Assembly: GCA_027491085.1 (NCBI GenBank)
Contig: JAIXWW010000012.1
Span: forward strand, 170,628 to 234,627
Length of the DNA: 64,000 nt
Direction: 5' to 3'
Origin: Bacteroidota bacterium
GTDB lineage: Bacteria > Bacteroidota > Bacteroidia > UKL13-3
Shown: positions 57,691 to 64,000 of the stretch, piece by piece
Position numbering within the stretch: the first letter of the stretch is position 1
Layout: each line of letters begins with the position of its first letter
Made by a program: the position numbers and the translations under genes
The notes under the pieces: model-generated
The model's database searches: none
Told to the model about the DNA's origin: nothing
What the model saw: only the letters and a program-made list of their open reading frames with translations

Positions 57691-58182
57691 TTAAACTTTT
57701 CTGATAATATTATTAGGTAAACTAACTAATAATGAAAAGCCTGTATTTTCAATTTTAACCAATACTTTTTTAGCAGATTTATATTCTATAAGCTCACCAA
57801 TTTGATTTTGAAGCGGACCTGCAATAATTTTGATTGCTTCTCCTTGTTCAAATACTTCTTCTATGGCTTCCAAATCATCGTAATTGGCTACCATTAGTTT
57901 AATAAGTGCTATTTGTGATTCGGATAATTCAACTGGTTGGTTTTGAAATTTAACAAACTTAACAACACCAGTTACATTTAATATTTCATAATAATTACTA
58001 ATGGAAGTATTTATGAATAAATAAGAGTTAAATAATGGTGTTTCTACCTTTTTCTTTCTGTCACTCCATTGAACTAATTTTAATTGTAATGGCAAAAAAG
58101 TTTCAAAACCTCGTTTATTTAATTCGAGGTTTACTTTCTTTTCAGCTCTTGGCGCTGTGTATAATAAATACCATTTATTCAT
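57691..58182 (-). CDS. UpxY-family (NusG-like) transcription antiterminator
   Basis: WYLLYTAPRAEKKV...GFETFLPL NGN domain and C-terminal KOW-like segment. Confidence 0.8.
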   Translation of the reverse strand: MNKWYLLYTAPRAEKKVNLELNKRGFETFLPLQLKLVQWSDRKKKVETPLFNSYLFINTSISNYYEILNVTGVVKFVKFQNQPVELSESQIALIKLMVANYDDLEAIEEVFEQGEAIKIIAGPLQNQIGELIEYKSAKKVLVKIENTGFSLLVSLPNNIIRKV

Positions 58183-58245
58183 TTGTTGCTTTAAGTATAG
58201 CTTTAGTTGATTTTAAAAAATTGGAAATAATAAAATAGGTTTTCT

Positions 58246-59880
58246 TTATTCTATATTTTCTTTCAAAATTTTATTCAACCACTTTAAAAGCATAAACATA
58301 ATAATGGTAGCAAATGCCAATAAAACAAAGTTTACTAAAAAATAATTGGCTTTATCGGTATAATTATCCCATGTTTTAGCCAAAATACCCGAAAGTTTAT
58401 TACCGATAGAAGTTGATAGAAACCAACCTCCCATCATAAGTGCTGTTAATCTTTTTGGACTTAATTTTGAAACCAGTGATAAACCCATTGGACTTAAAAA
58501 TAACTCTCCAATTGTGACAACTCCATAACAACCTATAAGCCACCATGCCGATGCTTTTTCAGCACCATTGTTACAATAAATAACCCCAGCTACCATTACC
58601 AAAGTACTTAAAGCCGAAATTAGTAAGCCAAAAGCTATTTTAGAAGCAGTGCTAGGTTCTGATTTTTTGCGTTTTAAAAACGCAAAAAATGCCACAACTA
58701 CAGGGGTTAATATAATTACCCAAAGCGGGTTAATTGATTGAAATAATTCGGTGTTGAATAATGATATTTCGGTATTTTCAGCAGGGGTTAATGCAGGTTG
58801 TAAATTTCTAAAATACACATTTTTATCCCATATTTTTTTAACTTTTCCATTTTCCTTAATTACCGAAAATTTTTCGTTAAATGCTTCTACAGAATCTACT
58901 TTATTGGTTACTTTTTCTACCAAATATAAATTTTCGGCTGTACTTTTCACAAAATTGGGTGTAGCTCTATCAGTATAATATTGAGCCCAAGTAGTTAAAG
59001 CTGTGCCATTTTGTTTAAACACAGCCCAAAACATAACCGAGACTAGCATGATAGTTAACAATGCAGCAATTGGTTTTTTATCGGCTAGGCTAGCTTTTAC
59101 GTATAAACCTACATAAAAAACTACAACTGGAATAGTTCCAAAAATGAAAGCATCAGTACTATCGCTACCAAAAATATCGCCTGGAATAAACCACGCTCCC
59201 AAACCTACTATGATAGCTGGCAAAAAAACAGTGGCAAATATTTTTGACATGGGCATATCTTCTTTTTGGGCAGGTTTTAATACATCGGCATGCTTATAGT
59301 TTTTTAAACCAATATAATAAACTATTAAACCTACAAACATGCCTATGCCCGCTGTTCCAAATGCATAACTCCAACCATATTTATTGCGCATAAAAGCAGC
59401 AATAAAAGTACATGAAGCAGCACCAATATTAATGCCCGAGTAAAATATATTGTACCCTGAATCTTTTAAATGCTTGTATTTTTCTTCGTTGTATAAATTA
59501 CCTAAAAGAGTAGAAATGTTGGGTTTGAAAAAACCATTTCCAAGAACAATTAAAAACAAGGAAATATAAAAATAGGTAGTGCCCGGAATGGCCAAACCTA
59601 AATAGCCTAACCCCATTAAAACACCTCCTAAAAATATAGATTTACTGTACCCCAAAATTCTATCGGCTAATAAACCTCCCAAAAATGGAGTTAAAAATAC
59701 AAAGGCTATAAAAGTGCCATAAATATCGGCAGCCTCTCCCCTAGCCATGCCTAAACCACCTTTTTCTAAAGAGGTGGTTAGGTACAATTGAAAAATACCA
59801 ATCATTAAGTAATAACCAAAACGTTCCCACATTTCGGTAAAAAATAAAAAGGGTAAGCCTAAAGGATGTTTTTTATTCAT
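58246..59880 (-). CDS. proton-dependent oligopeptide transporter (POT/PTR2 family, MFS)
   Basis: FFTEMWERFGYYLM and GGLLADRILG PTR2 signatures. About 14 TM helices. Confidence 0.9.
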   Translation of the reverse strand: MNKKHPLGLPFLFFTEMWERFGYYLMIGIFQLYLTTSLEKGGLGMARGEAADIYGTFIAFVFLTPFLGGLLADRILGYSKSIFLGGVLMGLGYLGLAIPGTTYFYISLFLIVLGNGFFKPNISTLLGNLYNEEKYKHLKDSGYNIFYSGINIGAASCTFIAAFMRNKYGWSYAFGTAGIGMFVGLIVYYIGLKNYKHADVLKPAQKEDMPMSKIFATVFLPAIIVGLGAWFIPGDIFGSDSTDAFIFGTIPVVVFYVGLYVKASLADKKPIAALLTIMLVSVMFWAVFKQNGTALTTWAQYYTDRATPNFVKSTAENLYLVEKVTNKVDSVEAFNEKFSVIKENGKVKKIWDKNVYFRNLQPALTPAENTEISLFNTELFQSINPLWVIILTPVVVAFFAFLKRKKSEPSTASKIAFGLLISALSTLVMVAGVIYCNNGAEKASAWWLIGCYGVVTIGELFLSPMGLSLVSKLSPKRLTALMMGGWFLSTSIGNKLSGILAKTWDNYTDKANYFLVNFVLLAFATIIMFMLLKWLNKILKENIE

Positions 59881-59922
59881 GCTCGCGAAAATATCATTTT
59901 TTTTGAATTAGCCACTCCTTGT

Positions 59923-59986
59923 GGGTAATTGGAGTTTAGTTGATTTTTTTATTTAAAGATTTTTGAATTGTTGGATGTTTGGATTC
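59923..59986 (+). repeat. octamer-phased degenerate array (8 units, nnnGATTn)
   Basis: gggtaatt|ggagttta|gttgattt|ttttattt|aaagattt|ttgaattg|ttggatgt|ttggattc. Confidence 0.65.
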
Positions 59987-60421
59987 CTAGTCATCTTTTT
60001 GCCCTTTATTGCTGTAAAATACTATTGGCATGAGACCAATAAAATAAATTGATAGATTATTATTGGATAGCTAGTTTTTGCTTCGCGCATATTTTTGTTT
60101 AACTAATCGTCACCAACAAGTAATAAGTATTACCCTTGGGGCAAAGGTAATTGCTGTGTTAGTTTTGTTCCAAAAATGTCGCTGTTATATAGCATTTGAT
60201 TTTATTTATGGGTAGCAATTATGTTAATCATTCAAAGCAACAAAATTATAGTTCAAACAATTAGTTTTATGAGTTGCTGTGAGTACCGATAGCTTTAGGA
60301 AAATGACCTTACGTAAAATACTAAGTGTAGTTTGTAAAATGCACTAGATTGGATTAGATTGTAAAACAAACTAGTAAAAATATTTCAACCTTTAGAGTCC
60401 AAAAAAAATCACAATTCCGAA

Positions 60422-60461
60422 AATAAAAAAGGTTGAAAGAAACTTAATTCGTCCAACCTTT
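60422..60461 (-). terminator. rho-independent terminator after the thiolase gene
   Basis: aaaggttg-N18-caaccttt. The minus strand is followed by ttttttatttt. Confidence 0.6.
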
Positions 60462-60532
60462 AATTATATAATTTTGAAATCTTCTAATATTTAAATTTTA
60501 AAATCAAAAAATCTCCAAATCTTTGAATCTTT
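60461..60532 (-). repeat. octamer-phased degenerate array (9 units, nnnGATTn), inverted relative to 59923-59986
   Basis: Minus-sense aaagattc|aaagattt|ggagattt|tttgattt|taaaattt|aaatatta|gaagattt|caaaatta|tataatta. Confidence 0.65.
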
Positions 60533-60540
60533 ATATAAAG

Positions 60541-61719
60541 TTAGCAAGCTTCAATAACAATAGCAGAAGCTCCTCCTCCACCATTGCAAATGCCTGTTAC
60601 TCCAATTTTTCCTTTTTCTTGTTGTAAAGCATGAGCTAAAGTAGCAACAATACGCGAACCACTGCTTCCAAGTGGATGACCAATTGCTACAGCACCGCCA
60701 TATATATTTACTTTAGCTGGATCAATATTTAATAATTGGGTATTAGCAATACCTACTACCGAAAACGCTTCATTTAATTCAAATAAATCAACATCTTTGA
60801 TATCAATTCCTGCCCATTTCAATGCTTTATTTACAGCTAAAGCAGGTGCAGTAGTAAACCACTCAGGTGCATGTGCAGCATCGGCAAATGCTAAAATTTT
60901 AGCCAATGGTTTTAAACCTAATTCTTTTACTTTAGCACCACTCATTAATACCAATGCACTTGCACCATCATTTAATGTAGAAGCATTAGCAGCAGTAACA
61001 GTTCCGTCTTTTTCAAAAACAGGTTTCAAACCTCTAATTTTATCAAAATTAACTTTGGTATATTCTTCATCTGTTGTAACCATAATGCTGTCTTTACCAC
61101 GTTGAGGAATTTCAACAGGAACAATCTCTGCATCAAATTTCTTAGCAGTGTGAGCAGCTGCAGCGCGTGTGTATGATTCAACGGCAAAATCATCTTGTTG
61201 TTCGCGGGTAATTTTCATATCGCGAGCACATAATTCAGCAGCGCTTCCCATATGGAAGTCGTTATAAACATCCCACAAACCATCTTTTACCAAACCATCA
61301 GTTAAAGTTCCGTGGCCTAATTTATAACCATTACGAGCTTTATCTAACAAATAAGGCACATTGCTCATGCTTTCCATACCACCAGCAATAACTACATCGT
61401 TAATACCTACCATAATAGTTTGAGCTGCCTGCATAATAGCTTTTGAGCCAGAAGCACACACTTTATTAATTACAGTAGCAGGAACAGTATTTGGTACACC
61501 AGCAAAAATACTAGCTTGTGTAGCAGGCGCTTGACCTAAACCAGCACTTAATACATTACCCATAAATACTTCTTGAACCATTTCTGGTGTAATTCCAGCT
61601 TTTTCAATAGCACCTTTAATGGCTTTAGCACCTAACTGAGTAGCAGTTAAACTTGAAAGACTTCCACCAAATGAACCCATTGGCGTACGCACAGCCGATA
61701 CAATATAAACTTCTTGCAT
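60541..61719 (-). CDS. acetyl-CoA C-acetyltransferase (thiolase II)
   Basis: VYIVSAVRTPMGSFGG, NKVCASGSKA (active Cys), GNVLSAGLGQ, C-terminal NGGGGASA. Confidence 0.93.
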   Translation of the reverse strand: MQEVYIVSAVRTPMGSFGGSLSSLTATQLGAKAIKGAIEKAGITPEMVQEVFMGNVLSAGLGQAPATQASIFAGVPNTVPATVINKVCASGSKAIMQAAQTIMVGINDVVIAGGMESMSNVPYLLDKARNGYKLGHGTLTDGLVKDGLWDVYNDFHMGSAAELCARDMKITREQQDDFAVESYTRAAAAHTAKKFDAEIVPVEIPQRGKDSIMVTTDEEYTKVNFDKIRGLKPVFEKDGTVTAANASTLNDGASALVLMSGAKVKELGLKPLAKILAFADAAHAPEWFTTAPALAVNKALKWAGIDIKDVDLFELNEAFSVVGIANTQLLNIDPAKVNIYGGAVAIGHPLGSSGSRIVATLAHALQQEKGKIGVTGICNGGGGASAIVIEAC

Positions 61720-61980
61720 TGTTTTTTTTGTTTTTAAAATAGTGGGGCGAATTTATACTTATAAAGTAAACTTAGAAGTATTTTTTTATAATATTAGTTA
61801 TAAAAAGGGAAATTTAAAGCCTAGTTTCAAATTGACACTACAATATCCCAAAAAGAGAACAACTTGAAACTTAAACAATAAAACAATTTTTCAATATATT
61901 GATTTAAAGATGTTTAAACCAAAAACAGCTTTTGGACTTACTATTGATATTTAAATATTAAACTAAATTATACTTATAAA

Positions 61981-62388
61981 ATGAAACATATTAAATTATT
62001 ATCTGGAATTGCAATTTTAATAGCTGCTAGTTCTTGTACAAAATTAAAAGATACAGATTATGTACCAACGGCTAGCCCAAAGGCAAATAATTTTAAAGAA
62101 ATTAAGGTTGCTGATAATTTTAATTGGAGTACAACAAATAATATTGAATTAAATGTTATTGGATTTGCTAGTATTACGCCAATTTCAAATACTTTTATAG
62201 TTTCATCAGAAAATCAAAAAGAGGTTTACTTTGCTTCAAACAACTTGATGAGTGAAAATTTTACAGCAAATTTTGACCTACCAGCTAATGTAAAAAAAAT
62301 CAGAGTTAATTACGGTTCCATTTCAAAAGTATTAGATGTAAACGCTAAAAACATTAACTTTGATTACCTTTTACCGGTAGTAGAATAA
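61981..62388 (+). CDS. hypothetical lipoprotein (135 aa)
   Basis: MKHIKLLSGIAILIAASSC lipobox. 20 nt upstream of the LruC-domain gene. Confidence 0.55.
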   Translation: MKHIKLLSGIAILIAASSCTKLKDTDYVPTASPKANNFKEIKVADNFNWSTTNNIELNVIGFASITPISNTFIVSSENQKEVYFASNNLMSENFTANFDLPANVKKIRVNYGSISKVLDVNAKNINFDYLLPVVE

Positions 62389-62408
62389 ACATTTTAAAAA
62401 AATAAGCA

Positions 62409-63875
62409 ATGAAAAAAATAGCAATCTTATTAATTATTACTTTAACAGGTTTTGTTTCAAAATCGCAAACATTGAGTTTGAATTGTGAGTCGGGTAATAG
62501 ATCAATTGAACAAGGAAATTGTTGGGCTTTCGGCTCAGTAAGTTACTCCAACCTTGAATTTAGAATAAATGGATTTTGGAGTATGCGTACAAACCAACTT
62601 ACTAATTTATCAACTTCGGCTTGTTGGGTTAAAACGCCTTGGTTTAAACCTGGTAGTGGAAATATTACCATGAAAACTAGGCTAGAAAATGCAAGTGGTA
62701 CAAGTAGAGGAATAGTTTTTACCTATGTGCCATATGATGCCAATGCAATTAGTTCAACAAAAGAAGGTACTGGAACTGCGTTTTACACATACAATTTTGC
62801 AACGCCACTGGATATTTGGGTTAAAGATATAACTGTTCCTATTCCGTCAGCTATTGCAAATTCGAATCAAGCATATAAAATAATTATAAGTTTTATTGGT
62901 TCTGGAGGTTCTGGTAGAGCTTTTGCTGATGATTTAGTTATTCCAGGAACTTATTGGTCTAATCAATCAAATGGCTGTTTGCCAAAAGCTTTAATTGTGG
63001 ATGCTGATAATGATGGTGTTCAAGATAGCGATGATGCTTATCCAAATGATGCTGCTAGAGCTTATAATAATGTATTTCCAGCTTCGGGATACTCAACCTT
63101 AATGTTTGAAGATTTATGGCCTACTTTAGGTGATTATGATTTTAATGATTTTGTGGTTGATTACAAAATAAACAGAGTTACCAATGCCGCTAATAATGTA
63201 GTTGAAATTAAAGCTGAGTTTGTATCTAGAGCTGCTGGTGCTAGTAGACCTAATGGTTTTGCATTTAGTTTTGATGGTTTAGTTAATTCAAAAATTACAA
63301 GTGTAACTGGTAATAAAATTTTTACTCCAAACCCGCATACATTTAATGCCAATGGCACGGAGGCTGCTCAAACAGATGCTCATTTTATTGTAGTTTCAAA
63401 TATTTTTAAGGTATTAATTCCTCAAGGTGGAGGTTCAGGTGGAGTTAACACCAATCCAAGTGCTGTAAGGGTGCCAAACGATACTACTAGAATGACCATT
63501 TCATTCAATACAACTACTAACACTACTAGTTTAAGTGATGTAACTTTAGCTAAATTTAACCCATACCTAATTGTTAACCAAACTAGAGGTACTGAAATAC
63601 ATTTAGCAGATAAAGCTCCAAGTGCATTAGTAAACACTGCATTATTAGGTACAGCAGATGATAACACAAATGCTGGTTCAAACAGATTTTACAAAACAAA
63701 AAATAACCTACCTTGGGCTATTAATGTAACTTCTAGCATACCATATATGAAAGAAACCATTGATTTTACTAAAGGTTATAATAATTTTATTGATTGGTCT
63801 GGAAGCAATGGAACCACTAGTACTGATTGGTATTTAAACTTATCAAATTTTAGAGATACTAATAATTTATACTAA
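62409..63875 (+). CDS. LruC domain-containing secreted protein
   Basis: DADNDGVQDSDDAYPNDAARAYN..STLMFEDLWPTLGDYDFNDFVVDY is the hallmark LruC-domain opening. Signal peptide present. Confidence 0.8.
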   Translation: MKKIAILLIITLTGFVSKSQTLSLNCESGNRSIEQGNCWAFGSVSYSNLEFRINGFWSMRTNQLTNLSTSACWVKTPWFKPGSGNITMKTRLENASGTSRGIVFTYVPYDANAISSTKEGTGTAFYTYNFATPLDIWVKDITVPIPSAIANSNQAYKIIISFIGSGGSGRAFADDLVIPGTYWSNQSNGCLPKALIVDADNDGVQDSDDAYPNDAARAYNNVFPASGYSTLMFEDLWPTLGDYDFNDFVVDYKINRVTNAANNVVEIKAEFVSRAAGASRPNGFAFSFDGLVNSKITSVTGNKIFTPNPHTFNANGTEAAQTDAHFIVVSNIFKVLIPQGGGSGGVNTNPSAVRVPNDTTRMTISFNTTTNTTSLSDVTLAKFNPYLIVNQTRGTEIHLADKAPSALVNTALLGTADDNTNAGSNRFYKTKNNLPWAINVTSSIPYMKETIDFTKGYNNFIDWSGSNGTTSTDWYLNLSNFRDTNNLY

Positions 63876-63892
63876 TTCTCTTTTATAATATG

Positions 63893-63928
63893 AAAACTCC
63901 TTTTATTCAGTTAAAAGGAGTTTTTTTT
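63893..63928 (+). terminator. rho-independent terminator after the LruC-domain gene
   Basis: aaaactcctttt-attcagtt-aaaaggagtttt plus T-run. Confidence 0.85.
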
Positions 63929-64000
63929 ATTCAACTATGTAAAAATTGTAATCATATATAATGTTTCTTCCAATTTTGAACAAAAAATTTCCCATAAAAG

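Noticed and set aside
1-64000. Search for tRNA, rRNA, tmRNA-like ends, CRISPR arrays, transposases and integrases
   Set aside because: I found no T-loop (GGTTCGAATCC-like) contexts, no regularly spaced repeats of 24-48 nt, and no DDE, tyrosine or serine recombinase-like translations in any frame of the track.

Overview
This window looks like a low-GC (about one third G+C) Bacteroidota chromosome segment, Flavobacteriia-like. That placement rests on a T9SS C-terminal sorting domain, a UpxY antiterminator, the TamB/TsaD divergent pair, the zapA-rny-pheT neighbourhood and the absence of Shine-Dalgarno spacing. About 55 protein genes are supported, mostly core housekeeping: uvrA, kdsA, clpP, tsaD, rny, zapA, pheT, coaX, birA-like, rsfS, yidC, lptC, a thiolase, hbd and a biotin carboxylase. 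I found no rRNA, tRNA, CRISPR array, transposase or integrase. The one clearly accessory segment is a ~2.3 kb islet at about 500-2870. It is bracketed by an imperfect direct repeat of the uvrA 3' end whose five differences are all synonymous. It carries an unknown 180-aa Cys/His protein translationally coupled (ATGA overlap) to an Mrr-family type IV restriction nuclease, a GC-rich non-coding block and an N-terminally truncated ParE/RelE toxin relic. This is my best candidate for an undescribed (defence-type) system. Secondary candidates are (i) a kinase-less operon of a sigma-54 activator, a CheY-like receiver and a pseudo-receiver fused to a phosphoglycosyl transferase with a Cys-rich insertion, and (ii) an rny-proximal four-gene envelope operon with a long YidD-like protein and two paralogous TPR/membrane proteins. 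Short-period (7-8 nt) degenerate tandem arrays recur in leaders, 3' flanks and once in frame inside pheT. One pair of inverted octamer arrays flanks a 660-nt non-coding gap. All functional calls come from reading the supplied translations and the DNA by eye. No database search was run.
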